DNA of 64,000 nt from contig CM074513.1 in the NCBI GenBank assembly GCA_037379345.1, positions 51,191,195 through 51,255,194 on the forward strand, read 5' to 3'. Positions within the stretch are counted from its first letter, which is position 1; each line of letters opens with the position of its first letter. The notes beneath the pieces are model-generated. The model was not told where the DNA came from and made no database searches. It saw nothing but the letters and a program-made list of their open reading frames with translations. The DNA is from Perna viridis. Taxonomy: Eukaryota. This document shows, in pieces, positions 27,101 to 42,100 of this stretch. The position numbers and the translations under genes are program-made.

Positions 27101-30100
27101 AATTATAAAAATCTCGAAATCTATCAAATTTCAGTTACAAGCAAACATTTTAATCAGCTTTTGGTTCCAAACATTAAAGTCAGAATACAGAATGAACATT
27201 CTAAACTTCAGCTTACAATAACTCATGTTTTATCGTTCATAATTAATTACGAAACTTGCAAATTTGTTGTGCTGTTTCTCAGTTAAATTTATCTCAATTG
27301 ATAATTCGATAGCAAATCTGAAGAGTTTCTTTTGATCTTCTTGCTTCATAACATTTCTTTAGCTTGAGACAAATTCGTACCGACCACTACAATATGTGTC
27401 AATGAAGTTTCAGTCTTGATTTGTCAGTAATAAATTTTGAACATGATTATTGATACTCTTGATATCAAGAATCTGGATATTTTGAACAAGAAATCATTAT
27501 GGATTCAGTGGGACAAGGAGAAAAAAAAGAACAAAATGAAAATGTCAACAGAATGTCTGCCTGAAATTTTCTATTCCAGTGCTGCTAAAAAAGACAAAAT
27601 CAAAAGAACAATGCATTGCAAGAAGCTTTTGCTTTACTCAATCATGTATTAATTTTGCTGTAATAAATTTGGTAAGGGGTAGAGGTATAGATTAGAAATT
27701 CAATTTCATGAATATATTAATACAGTCAATCATTCAGTCAGCAGGATGATTTCATTTTGTCCAAATATTTAATTTCTTACATATGTAGCTTAAAGAAAAA
27801 GTAACACTAAAAGAAAATAAACAGATGAAAATGCCTGCTTACATTGTGTGCATTTAAAGTAACATATAATTTTAAAAATGCATTCACTTCTCCCTAATTA
27901 CTCCAAACTTTTCCCTAGTGTCTCTATGAAAGAGAAGTCACTTCTCCCTGTTTTTCTCAAGTAGATATAGCCCTGCTGGGTACATGATAAATAATAACCT
28001 ACAATGACTTATAAAATATAAAACTTACCTGGAAGCTCTTTATAATTTTTTCATCAACAAATGCAATTTTCTTATCCACCAAAAATTCTACAGGTTTCCT
28101 TTTACTTGTAGCACAACCTGATCTGTCAACAATACAGCGAAAATTCTAAAATGATAAAAGACAGATCTAAGTAAAAGGGAAATAACCACTTTGGGACAAT
28201 TTGTTCTCAATTTAACTGATGTTTTAATATAGTTAAAGAAAAAAAGGAAATAAGGATAAAATGTTCCCTATGATTCAAGGAATAGTTTTTACAACAGAAA
28301 TCAACCCAAGAATATAAAATATTGGTTTCTTGCCAACAATCCAAATAAAATGAATTACTATATTTTTCATCCCAAACTATTCCATCTAGTTATGAACTTA
28401 AAAAAAAAAATTTCAAGATTTCTGGATTTTATTTTTCATTCAAAGTATGTAAATACAGATTCTCTTTCTATTTCTCCACTCCACATAGTTAAATTCTAGA
28501 TATATATTAATCACCCCTGTAGTTTAAAACTCATGTGCATTTATAATCACTGGCTTAGAATGGGAGAAATGCTAATGCCCCACTCAATGGACTTCCATGT
28601 AGCTTTACACACATGGTTATCACATGTTTAAGTCTGTTAAACCACAGTATCGCTACAATACTCTGTCTCTTACTTGTTTGGAAATAAAAATAACCCATAT
28701 AAACAACATCAAATGAAAGAGATCAAACATTTTTTCTATAACCTTTCTAAGTATACTCAAAGCAGAACTCTGAACTTGATCTATAATCACTATACACTCA
28801 CACACCGAAAAAAAAAATCACAATATTTGGGAAAAGTCAAGTTATTTTCATTAAAGATTTAACTAAATATAAGGCTATTTATTTCATCAAAAAGAGGAAC
28901 TAAATGAAAACTTGATTGGTAACCCATCATAGTATACATATATTGAATATGAAAAGAATCCATGAATAAAATGCTTCCCAGACACAGCTTAATACAGTAA
29001 CAGAGTAAGGATGGGGAATCTGAAAAAATCCTACTGTATATACTTGAGTATAAGTCAATCCACCTATAAGTCAGACACCCAGAACCTAGCCTTGGCCCAC
29101 TTGAAAGTTGAACTGATTTCCAACAGCTGCATTGCTAATATTCCTTAATTACAATGAGTATACTTCAATAAATTTATGTTGAAATAAATAATTAAAAGCC
29201 AAAGTTGTTTTTCTAGTAGTAAGTAATTAAATTCTTGAGAAGCCATGTGAATTGTTTGGATACAGCGTTTTTTTCATTCATTCCAATTTTGGTAGAACTA
29301 ATAACCCAAACAGATACAAGACAGGATCCAGAATGCCAGACTGGAAGTCCGGAAAATTTCCCATATTAGTCATTCCTGATTCAGGTCAAAATGGACAGTA
29401 CAACTTGGTTCAGTCCTGAAAATAGTATGTTATCACAGGACCAAATGTCCTGAAATAAAAAAAAGTGAACATTTGGAAAGACTGCAGATATTGAAACTAG
29501 CAACGGTGGACTGTGACTGGTAAAAAATATTGTGGTCAGATATATCTCAAAGTTTTGAAGGTCCAGTGAAATTTTAGCCCTTACCCAAGAAAAAAATACG
29601 CTTTTTGCATATCGAGACCTTTTTGTTGTGAACTCTGGTTGATGCATTGGACAATTTTTAGAATTAAAATATGGTGTGTGCATATCGCGACCTTTTTTGT
29701 TGTAATCTGAGTTGATGCATTCTACTATTTTTAGAATTAAAATTGACCATGCATGAAATGAATGCTAATTGGTCAATTTTTTTATCTTTTCATTCAGAAC
29801 TACTTCCAGTCCTTCAGCAGTCACTAAATATATATTGGTGAAGGAGTACATTGTGCATAAATTTAATATACAGCTGCGCTAAAAGCGCAAGATACACCCG
29901 TCCGTAAGAATAGCTGATGGTATAAATTTTAGAAAACAATAACCTGATTTCTGATTACCAAAAAATTAATATAATAAGTTTTTTCTTCAGTTATTCAAAA
30001 AGTATAAATGATCTTACAACTGTTTCACATGATGAAAGTATACAATTGCATTTAAAAGGGATTCTTTGTTTTTGAACTAGATAAAACTATAATAAACTAC

Positions 30101-33100
30101 AGAATTGAAAACTGGACAAATAATTCATTATGTAATAATATTATTATGAGGTAAGACCTACAGTTAATAGTACAATTCCTTCTACTTCTACTGTATGGAA
30201 GTCCATATTGCCTTGTGGTCAGAATAATAAGTTTCTAAGGTACCACTCTGATAATTGTCAGTATTCATAAAAATCAAATCTATTATAGAATTGAAGTCGT
30301 TTGTTGGTCCCAGTATGATACAGCTTTTTAAGTAAGCAGCAATCTTATGTTGTGGTAATTACATCAGATTTGACAACAATATAGATTTTTAAGTGAATAA
30401 AGTTCCGTAACTCTGGAACGACAAATAAATAATTCTTCAAAATCGAAAGGGAGCATTCTTCCGTGAATATTAATATTGTGCTAAAATTTCATTTGAATCC
30501 GTAAAAGCGAATTTGAGTGATGGACGGAAGGACCAATGGATGCCCAAATGGACAATGGTATACCATTATACAACCATAATCTAGCATGTCTATAAAACTG
30601 TATGCAAAATTTCAAGAATTGTATCAGTACAGCTGAGTTATTACATCAGATTTGACAATAATATAAATTTTTAAGTGAATAAAGTTCCGTAACTCTGGAA
30701 CGACAAATAAAAAATTCTTCAAAATCGAAAGGGAGCTTTCTTCTAATATTAATATTGTGCTAAAATTTCATTTGAATCTGTAAAAGCGAATTTGAGTTAT
30801 CGCACGATGTGTGGACGGAAGAACGGACAATGGTATACCATAATACGTCCCGTCTATATAGACAGGCGTATAAAGATGTAAAACTGGCATTTATGTTATA
30901 ATACGATGATGGGGCTGCGGATTCACTCGCTGTAGATCAAATGACTCTTATATTCCAGACAATAAATTAACGATACCATTTAAATACTTTCTTGTTTTGA
31001 GCCCTATATTATGTTTTCATGTTTTGATTTGGTCCTGTAAATCAAAATATGGTCCATCCTGTTTATATGTTTATAGGTCTGACTGTCCTGTAAATACCTT
31101 CAACAGTCTAAATCAAAATCATAAATATAATGAACAACAAAGAATATAGCAGAAAGTTTATGATACTCCAAAAACTCATTTTTGAAGACATTTCAGTAAG
31201 TTACGAGGTTTTAACCAGATCAAAGAATGAAGTCTTCAATGTTGCTAATTGTCAAATATTCACTGTCACTGATTTTGGCTTACTTTCAACATTCGAAATG
31301 TTACAAATGCTCTAAAATCGGGTGACTTCCGCTAAAATCCTAGTTCCCTCGATATTAATGTGTACTCTTTCATAACCATTTTGACCCAACTGTTTTCACA
31401 CACATAGACATGTGTATGATTTGTTTTAAAAAGGGTACATTGTAGCGATCTTTGGGTCGCTTATGGGAACCAGTTTAGGAACCAGACTGGCAATGAATAT
31501 TCTTAAATATCGGGGCTTGCTAATGTATATGACCTATATAGTCTTATAATGAGCGTCAATGCTTGAGTCCAAAATCATAAAAGGCCAGCATTGTGGCAAA
31601 ATAAGACAACAGTGAATATTCTTTTACTGCATCATATTTTAGCTGCAAAAAGTAAAAGATGAGAGTCTTACCGACGTTTGCAATTTAAACATTGAGGTAA
31701 ACAGCGCCAGTCTATTCAATATTGGTGTCACGCTCATGTCAATTATCAAGCTTTTGACATTTTCAAGCTGAAAATTTTAGTTTAGATCTCATCTGTAAGT
31801 CAAAACCCTTCCCAACAGTTAAAAAAATTTGGCTATACAGACTAAAAACTCTTTCACTTGATAAAGAAGAGGCAGGGGCAGCCTTATATTTCTTAGTGAC
31901 TAGTTTTAATCTAGGATAAAATTCCGAAACATTTTTGATGTAGTCCCCCTGGTCGACCCCAACAATGTCCGCCATCATATTATTATGACAGGAAATGTAT
32001 TGAACACATCAGGGTATGAAAAACTAGACCGAAACGGAATATCGGGAAATAGGTTCGTGATGTTGGCAACTTTTGATTATGAATTTCAACATCGATAAGT
32101 AAAATCAGCTGTAAAACGACCATTAAACAATGTCGGTAACAAACATTCCATTACTAGGCCAAAATTAAAATTGTCTATTTGCCGTTCACCGATCGACCTA
32201 ATTCGAAGAGCTCGACCACACTTATTTTATTGCCAAATCTCAGACAATTATTTTTCTTGGAGGGTAAAAATTGGGGCGCAGCCTTTGTTTTAGCCGTTTC
32301 TCGATCTGTGTTGCAAAAATGCTTGGAAAGTCTGGTAATTGATCTTTTTTTTAAAGCGCTGTCTCAACTTACTTAATCAATGTGATTTTGATGGATAATC
32401 GGCCCAACGATGCTAAGTTCTTACCTTCTGTTCTTCCTTCAAAATAAAATACAGGAACACTTACAAATTTGTGCTGTTTGTAATAAATATAAATTTTTGT
32501 ACTTTACAATTTCCCGACAAAATTTGCATGGAAAGATGTGTTTAAATACATCCCGATGATTTCACCCTTGAATTGATAAAAACGTCTGTGTTGGACAAAT
32601 GGTTAATGGTGTAAATTTTCTCGGTAAATTTTAAACCAGACTTTGAGTAGGCAATTACAGTGGTTCACGACTTGATCAAAAACATTTAAAATATTAAACT
32701 TTTAAAGTTTTGAAAGATGCCCTGGCAAACACTCAACAGTAACAACAAGAGGCTCCCAGAAGCCTGAATCACTCACCTGGTTAAATTTCTGCCTTTTCAA
32801 GGACAACAACTCTAACAAGGAGTTTTCTGACAATTTTGACTCCATGAAGACTTTGGTAGGACCTATCTATTATAGTTTTCAAGATATTGGCTGAAAACTG
32901 CTAAAAATATTTTTTGCCTTTCTAGGGCAATAACTCTTACATGGAGTTGTCTGACAATTTTGATGCCTGGAGACTTTTGTAGGCCTTATAATAAGAATCA
33001 TTTCAGCAATTGAAAGTTTCATTCTACCTATCATAGTTTTTAAGATATTGAAAATTGTAAAAAAGCATTTTTCACCTCTCAAGGGCAACAACTCTTACAT

Positions 33101-36100
33101 GGAGTCGTCTGACAACAAGGATTATTTCATTAACTGAAAGACATTGGCTAAACCTAACCGTTTTTGCAAAAAACTACTCTCTGACCCCTATGTTACATTT
33201 TTAGTAAAAAATTAAAATTTCATTTTAATTCGGATACCCTAAAAAACATAATTACCAAGACTCATTGAATTCGGTATAGTAGTTTCTGAGGAGAAGATTT
33301 TTGAAAGTAATAACATACATAAAGCAAATAACATACAAAAAGGGCAATAACTCCAAAACAGGTCAACAGATTTTCACCAAGATTTGGGGAACAGCAAACA
33401 AACATATTTTTATGTTTGGCCCTACCACAGAGGTCATACCCTGAACAGCAAGGGCAAGTATTGACCCATCATTCAAATTTGATACAGCTCTGAGTGTTGA
33501 TTATGACTAGATATTTGACACAGGATAAGAATTTGATCAGAAGTGAAGTGATCACTTTTTGGCCCCTTATTCCTAAAGGGTTGAAGTAGAAACTACCAAA
33601 ATCAATCCAAACCGTGTTATGGGGGAATGATACTTGTGATACAACTTCAAAGCAATTCATTCCCTTTAACTCAAATTATTATCCAGAAATTAAAAAAAAA
33701 AAATTAAAAACTTGATTCTGCCCCTTTCGTGGTAACTTATTCTTACTTGGCTCAAGTCATAACCCCAAAAATCAATCCCATCTTCTTTAGGTGGTATGGC
33801 ACCTTGTATTAAAATTAATATAAAATCCATTCATTTTTACTACAGCTATTGATGAAAACCATATATTTTCACTCAAGTTATTGTTCCTTTCATTTTTAAG
33901 TCGCTTATATTGTTAGCAACTTCTTGCAGTCGTAATTTCCTGTACTTAATATTCGCATATGATTTGCATTAATGTGTAGTTATACGCCTCATAATTCAGC
34001 AGATCTTCCCCGTGTTCACCTCCACAGCATTATAGTTCTAGATTCATACGAGATAAAAATGTACTTCTTAAATATCTTACACGTGTGTTCTACGTGTGTT
34101 TCTTGCTTGAATGAGAACGGGAAGTTTACATGAAATGATCAGTTAGCTTTGAACATTACCCAGTTTCCGATTCAGACACTGAGGCTAGTCACATGACTTT
34201 ATAGGTCATATGCATTAGCATGCCCCTATATTTATGAATATTCATTGCCAGCTGCTTAATCTGGTTCATAAACTGGTTCCCTGTCAATATCAAAAGCAGC
34301 CCAAACATCGCTACAACATACCTTTTTAAAACATATCATACACATGTCTATGTGTGTTTTTTTGCTTGTATTAGAACCGGAATTTTATACTTAAAGATAA
34401 AATGATCAGTTAACATTGAATTTATGTAATATTACCCAGTTTCCAATTCAGTGACAGTAAATATTTGAAGATTAGCGACTTTGAAGACTTCAATCTTTGA
34501 TTTTCTCAAGTTATTGTCCCAACATAAGGAAAATGCTTGTTTAAGGCCCTTTTTTGGCCACTAATTCCAGCAAAGTTCAAGTATAACACCAGAAAATCAA
34601 TCCAAGCCTTCCTTTGCTGGTATAGCATCTTTGTATACAATTTCACAGTAATCCATTCATTAATAGTCAAGTTATTGTCTTGACACCAGGAAAATGCATG
34701 TTTCTGGCCACCTTCTTGGCCTCTTATTTCTAAATTATTCAAGTCTTAAGCACCAAAATCTACACCAGTCTCACCATTGTCGTATAGAATATTGTAGAAC
34801 AATATCACAGACATTCCTATGCTTTTACTGGAGTTATATTGTTAAATTCTATGAAATGCTTCATTTTGGCCACTTTTTCTAAAATGTTAATGGCAATGAC
34901 CCCCAAATTCAATACATTCCTTTTGCAGTTAAAAACTTTGTAATAAAATTTAATAAAGAGCAAACAAAAAATATTTAAGTTACTGTGAAAGTACTATTGT
35001 TCGTGGGGTACCAATTTTCCTTGTTTTCAGTTTTCGTTTGGGCAAGTCAGATAATGAAATTTAATTCCCAATGAAAAGCAGATTCCCATTGATGTGTATA
35101 CTGAAATCCTCAAAACCACGAATTCAAGAATCCACCACTTGTGTATTTCCCTAATCCACGAATTAAAGTACTCCCACAGTATCACACAAAAGCTAAGTCT
35201 ACAGAAGACGACAACCGCGCCATACCATTAAAGACTGCCATTTTTCTGCAGTCATATAAAAACTGTTAAAGTAACGGCATGGACACTTGCTCCCATACAT
35301 TGCCAATTTAATAGCTAATATTTTCTTCAGCAAAAGTTGTTTAAAAATCATTTTTATACATTCAAGTCAAAAAAAATTCCAGAAAGGTGGTATTTTTTTT
35401 TTTTATGAAACTGATTAATTCCATGGCCCATTATTTCATATTAATATGTTTCAAAGAGTGCAGCTTGATTTGACACCAGAGGTCAAAACCTGACAGTTGG
35501 GGAAAGTTTGGACCCACCATTTAAGTGGTCCAAACATTTAAGCCTGGCTTTTAATTTGTTAACTCCCTCAGAGGAAGTTATATGCCTTACATTTGGCTAA
35601 GCACCAAAAGACTACCCTCCTGACCAAACTGTGTAGGACCAAATTTTGACTGCTATGGTATACAGATGTTTTAAATCAGTATAAGAAGTTTAGTTCTATA
35701 ATATGTTGTTGAAGTAAAATATATGAAATATAATTATGTACAACTATTTACTGAACCAGTTTACATGAAAATCAAAATTTTGAATTCTAGGAGAATTTGT
35801 CAACTCATAGATTTACTTCAAATATTGCTAATATCTTGTTTCTCATTTTTTAAAAATTAAACAAATGAGAAACATGATACTAAGAAGTTTGTTAACACTG
35901 CTGGGGTGTTTTATCAAAATAGTTGCCCGGGTGTTGGTAACATTGCTCTCAGACAACACCATAAGCAACCAGAAGTCACCCTTTCACTTTAAGACATCAT
36001 CAAAAATCGGGTCTTTAATGCGTTATCTTTCTTTCAATAACAATTGAAACAAAAATGAAAAATCAAAAGAATCTTCAAAATCTAAGGACTATTCAATTAC

Positions 36101-39100
36101 AAATAAGTTTTTTTATCAGCTTTTTTAATAAATATTCAAGACAGAATTATGAAATAAACATTCTTCACTACTGCTAATACTAATTACACAGACAGGAAAA
36201 TATGACAGTGCCATATTAAATTAATACTGAAAATTGTTCCTGAAAAATATAACACTAGGAAGGTCTTTCAAAAAGTATTTTAGCAAACAATACATATCAG
36301 ATTTTTTAGCCTTATGCAGGGTCAGGCACACACAAAATGACTACTGGTCCTAAACACCTCAAATTTAATTATTGGTAGTTTCGCAGATGAAAAATTCTGT
36401 TTGATGCAGATTTCAGGTAGACTGTAAAAAGTTCAAGTTACAATCCCTGAAATCTTTTGTGGTATGGTACTTTGTGGTATAATTTCATAAAGATCAATTC
36501 ACTCAAGTTTTGCCTGGATATATAGAGATGCTGGATGACAACAATGCAGGGAATACCATAAAACGATCTCACTTCTTTTGGCAGTCATATAAAAATGATA
36601 TTGTATATTTACACTGACATGATTCAAAACTGTCGTGATATAATTATTTTCCTTCAACAGTAGTTGAAGGGAAGTAACTTTCTGACTATTTTTTCCCTTC
36701 AACCAAACCAGAAAACTATTCTGACATATTCCCTCACTTTAATAACAAAATAGGTCAGTAAACTCATCAATCAATGTTCTGTTCAGACAAATCATCATTC
36801 AGAACCAAAGAATGTAAATCAAGCTTTAACCTCCCTTCTTATAAATCAATACATACCACTTCAAAAATATCTGTTCAAAATCCCAGTGGAAAATGTGTTT
36901 TGTGAAGGGCAAAATCAATAACAATTTAATATACTTTATTTGTCTGCATTTGGAATCCATGGGTAATAAAAACAAAAAGGATTTTACAATTTAATTTGAT
37001 TCCTAATCAATGCAATTCTTCTCATCATCCCAAAAGTAATCCAGTTCTGACTTTTACTGAATCAATAATCATTAAATGGCAGCCTCACAATCACATGTAA
37101 AGTAAGAAACAATAACCATTGTCAGATTTGAAAGTATTTCTGATCAAGTGAAATTTCCTAAGAGATTTTCTGACAACAAAACTATTTCGTTATATCATCT
37201 TAGGAAAAAAATTATTTTGGAAACAGAACTTTCAAACCTTGAAAGTTTGAGCACATTCAACTCTTCTCAACTACCAGAAAATCATCACCCTGAAAAATGA
37301 TTCTGAAGAAATACATCACTCATTATATTGCAGCAAAAACACTTTTCATGGACAGCTACACTTGCCATTAGAGCATAAGGGTATCCTTATTTATCTACTT
37401 ATATTTCCCAATACTATTTCTTTCTTTCTCTGACTGGGTGGTTGTCTCTTTGTGACACTGTCCCACAGTCCCAAATCCTATTAAAAGACATTGATTTCTA
37501 CCCATGGAAGTCTTTTAAGCAAACTCAAAGATGTCAGCAATTGGTTAACATCTCCCTTCCTAATTTAGCAGATAGGACTACTAACTTCTCCATAACAGCA
37601 GCTAGGACTGTTAACATCTCCCTTCCTAACTCGCATGCTCGGACTGTTAACATCTCACTTTCTATCTCAGCAGCTAGGACTGTTGACATCTCCCTATCTC
37701 ACCAGCTAAGACTGTTAACATCTCACTTTCTATCTCAGCAGCTAAGACTGTTGACATCTCCATAACTCACCAGCTAAGACTGTTAACATCTCACTTTCTA
37801 TCTCAGCAGCTAAGACTGTTGACATCTACCTAACTCAGCAGATAGGCTGTTGACATCTCCCTATCTCAGCAGCTAGGACTGTTGACATCTCCCTATCTCA
37901 GCAGATAAGTTGTTGACATCTCCCTAACTCACCAGCTAAGACTGTTAACATCTCACTATCCAACTCAGCAGCTAGGACTGTTTACATCTCCCTTCCTAAC
38001 TCAGCAGCTAGGATGGTTAATATCCTCCTCCTGAATTCACCAGCTAGGATGGTTAACATATAACTTCCTAACTCAGGAGCCAGGATGATTGGCATCTCCC
38101 TTCCTAACTCAGGAGCCAGGATGATTGGCATCTCCCTTTCTAACTCGGGAGCCAGGATGATTGGCATCTCCCTTTCTAACTCAGGAACCAGGATGATTGG
38201 CATCTCCCTTCCTAACTCAGGAGCCAGGATGATTGGCATCTCCCTTACTAACTCAGGAGCCAGGATGATTGGCATCTCCCTTACTAACTCTGCAGTTCAA
38301 TAGCTAGGATGGTTAATATTCAGCAACAAAGCAGTTTAACATCTTTAATCCCAAGTAAGCAACAAAAAATGTTTTAGAATATCTTCCTAACTCAGCAGCA
38401 AGAATGATTTATATCTTTATGTCAAACTCAGCAGCTAAGATGGTTAATATTTGTAAGCCCACCTCAACAGTTAGGGCTTATTTGTGGTGTTTCAGTTCAT
38501 TTGATAAGTTTTAACAATAGAAATCTGCATCAGGAAGCGAACAATAAAACAGAAAAATCTTGCTTCAAACAGCGCAGGTATGTTACTTATTTACCAAAAT
38601 AAAAATAAAATAGACCTATAATTATATCTTTTATTTGATTAAAGCTAAGCTAAAGCTTTAATTTGCACTACTTAATTCTCTTTCATCAACTAGTTACATG
38701 TATGTGGGGGGAACACTAAAAATCCAGAACAGTAAAAATGATTGTGGACAGTCACACTGCATCCATGCTTGACAAAATACATGTTATTGTAAATAATTTG
38801 CAGTTTAATACAATGTGAAAATGATGTAATTATAACTAGATAACACTGAGATGGAAACCATCTCTATTGACCTCCATTGCTTCAGTAAGGCCAAAATAAA
38901 AAATATCCTAGATTTTCATTCTTCCCAATCCCATTTTTTTCACACTCCCTGAAAAAATTTTTTAAGATTTTTTTTTCCAATTCAGGTCAATTTCTTTTAT
39001 ACTGACAGCATTTTTTCACTAAAATTGATTAAAAAAAATGGCCTGCCCCAGGTTTTGAAATTGGATGAGAATCTAGAAATTTTTTTATGATGGCACAAAG

Positions 39101-42100
39101 CAAATATTGAACATTCAAAGGAAAAAAATATACAGAAGATTTAAGCTGATCTACCCTATGAAAAATACCAAAATGCTTATACCATAAGACAACCAAGTTA
39201 ATCTGTACTGCAAAATCATTAATTAGACCTTGAGGTCAAAGGTCATCAACCATGGTGTGACACACATCATCTTGAGCTCATCTACCCTTCTGTCAAAACT
39301 ACATTTATAGCGGGACATGAATCTATATTGCAATATCATTAATTTTGTACCATATCCATAGTTACTCAGATAAATAAATTGGCTATGATAAGTCATAGAG
39401 AAAACTTTTATGAAAATTTTGTATTAAAATCATATGGTCAAAATATAAATATGGTCAATAAACAGTAAGTTGGTGGCATGTGAGTCTGAATCAAAATATC
39501 AAGTGGCAGTTAAAAGTAGTTGCACAGAAATCTGTCATAAAAAAAAAAGAAAAAGCAAAAAAAAAATAATTGTTGATAGACAAACAGAGCAGAGGGTATA
39601 ATCAGTATTTATGAATTAAAAAAAATATACATATATCAATTTAAGCATTACCATCTGTAAGTGTTTAGTTAAAAAAGTCTGCAATAGTGTTTTTTTTTTT
39701 TTTCATGAATAGAAGTCGATAACCTGTCAAAAAATCAGTCATACATGGAAACAAATTATGTGTAGCCCAGAAAGATACACTCCCATACAAAAACTTCACT
39801 AAATCTCTGGATTTGCAGAAAGACAGAAGAATAAAACCCTTGTGGCAGGGCATAAAATACAGGACCTGTACAATGGTTTTCAATCACACTAACGAACTGC
39901 CATGACAATGACCTACACTGAACTCTATCTTCAAGGTGTAGCACAGATTAAATCACCAAGTAAATAAAGCCAACTATGACCAACCCCAAGTAACATTCTA
40001 CTTCATCAATATAACAAAAACAAGATTCTACAGACAAGTAATATGTCCTATTATTATATCTGGAATTTTGTATTTACATTGTAAATAATAAAACAGAATA
40101 TAAGATAAGGACATCATACAATACCTGTAAGCTTCTGTTGATGCATGTACATTAACAACATACTATTGAACTTACCAAAGCAGGCCAAAATAAAGATTCC
40201 TTAGAGTTTTCTGGATGGTCTCTTTCAGCCCAAATCACTGTATGCTCAACAAGGAAGATCTGGAACAGATCATGAACTCTAACCCACTCTCTTTTCTGCC
40301 AATCTTGGTTATCAAATTCAACAAGTATCTGAAGAATAAAATAAGACCTAGAAAGATCAATACAGTCACATTTATACAGTAAAGAAGTAGGCGTTCTACA
40401 GATCATTAATTATCAACAACAGCCGATTTACACATACAATTGCATGATTTTCAGGAGAGCTGTTGTTCTAGCAAAGCTGGTCCACATCTGGTACAGACAA
40501 TGCATTTTAAGCAAAACTTGTCAAAGCACTAATAAATTGTCAGGTTAAGAAAATCACATGAAACATTCTGTTTTGATCAAGTTTAGTAATATTTTGCACA
40601 TTCAGTGATTTGATTAACTGAATATTAACTTTTCAAGAAAATCCTTTAGAAACTTCTAAGGTTTACCAGTCAAAATGTTATGAACCACACAACAACATTT
40701 TATCACTTAGAATTTGAATGTTAATTTTTGGCATCAATGTCCAATTCCAGATAAAGTAATAATAAGAGCTTGCTCACCAGAAGCATGTTTTTTTCTTCTA
40801 TTTTGTATTGGTTCTCTTGTTATAATGATTCTATGATAATTTTTTTTTTATAAATTACTTTTTACAATATATGACTAAAGCATTGTAAATAAGAAAATAA
40901 TGTCTTGACCACTGCTATGGTGTAGTGAAAATCTTATACCCTGTTCACATGAACACCAAAATACCAAATTCAATGTTGAATTGGTCCTTAATACCACTTG
41001 AGTTCACACATACATGTAATCCTAATCATTTCTGAAGTTGTCAATATGATGACATTCCCTAAGGAGTTAGTCCAACATCTGAATTTATGTTAAATCTGTA
41101 TTAAAATTTGACCATGAAAATGTAATACAATTGTAAATAGGTCAGCTATTAATTTTAAAGGATGCCTTGGAACAGCACTAGTCAAACATGATTTTTGGGG
41201 TTATTTTTTAGATCTACATCATATGGTAATTATTATATATATTCAAACATACGGTAAATACCATTTATATTATTCATGAACATCCATTGATAGAAAATGA
41301 TTTCTTTGGTGGATCTTCAAAATTTTTTCTAACAGGAAAAGTGATGTACTGTCCACACATTCCAAGCCTATATTTGAATGTCAATATTTCTCAAGTTGTG
41401 TAACTGAATTATCAATGGGCTGAGTTGGTTTTAATCATACAATTACCAAGTTGCTAGAATTAAAGTCACTATTGTATTACCATTAAAAGCATATAACAGT
41501 ATGTCTATTACTTGTGAAAAATGATGCATTCTGAATAAAATTGATTAGTGCCATACATGCTTCTACTTTTGTTTCTTTTATTATGCCTTCTTTTACTAGA
41601 TGAAGAAGTAAATATACAATACTTACAATCCTTGATAAGTGTAATGATAAGTAACATTCAGCATGACTGTCAGTCAGCTAATCAAGATCTTACTTTTCAG
41701 CAAGTGCTTCTGATATCAAATGTATATGCACAACAGTACAGATTTCTAACACATGAATGTAGGTTTTCACAGTTAATATATCAAGTCATTATATAGAAAA
41801 AAAAAACACTTCCTTCTCAATAAACATTGGAAAGGAAGGTTGTGCTTAACTAGTATAATATAAATTGTAAGTAGTTACTACAATAATACTGCTTTTGAGG
41901 TTTTTATTGTACATTGTAGTTGAAATGACCCCATCATTTGGAAATAAAAGATATGATATGATATGATTTTCATGAGAAATCAGACACAATTAGGAAGAGA
42001 AAATGAACTATTTCATAAAAGTAAGAAATAGGTCAATAGTAACTACTGACTTTATCCTGACCCTCAGTTCATGTCCTTCAGGTAAACACAAGCTACCTCC

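Larger units (their letters stand above)
32743..35262 (+). mobile_element. Cluster of HINE-like satellite-carrying elements with nested insertions
   Basis: 5' end aacaagaggctcccagaagcctgaatcactcacctg; internal units (agggcaataactc; aagttattg..; aaaatcaatcc); 3' end gacgac..cataccatt..gactgc..gcagtcatataaaa at ~35200-35262. Similar units occur at ~18930-19500 and ~50440-50740. Confidence 0.6.

Noticed and set aside
37442-38303. Repetitive ORFs (MPIILAPELGRE)n and (MIGISLPNSGAR)n
   Set aside because: Products of a 36-bp minisatellite that lacks stop codons; no splice or homology support.
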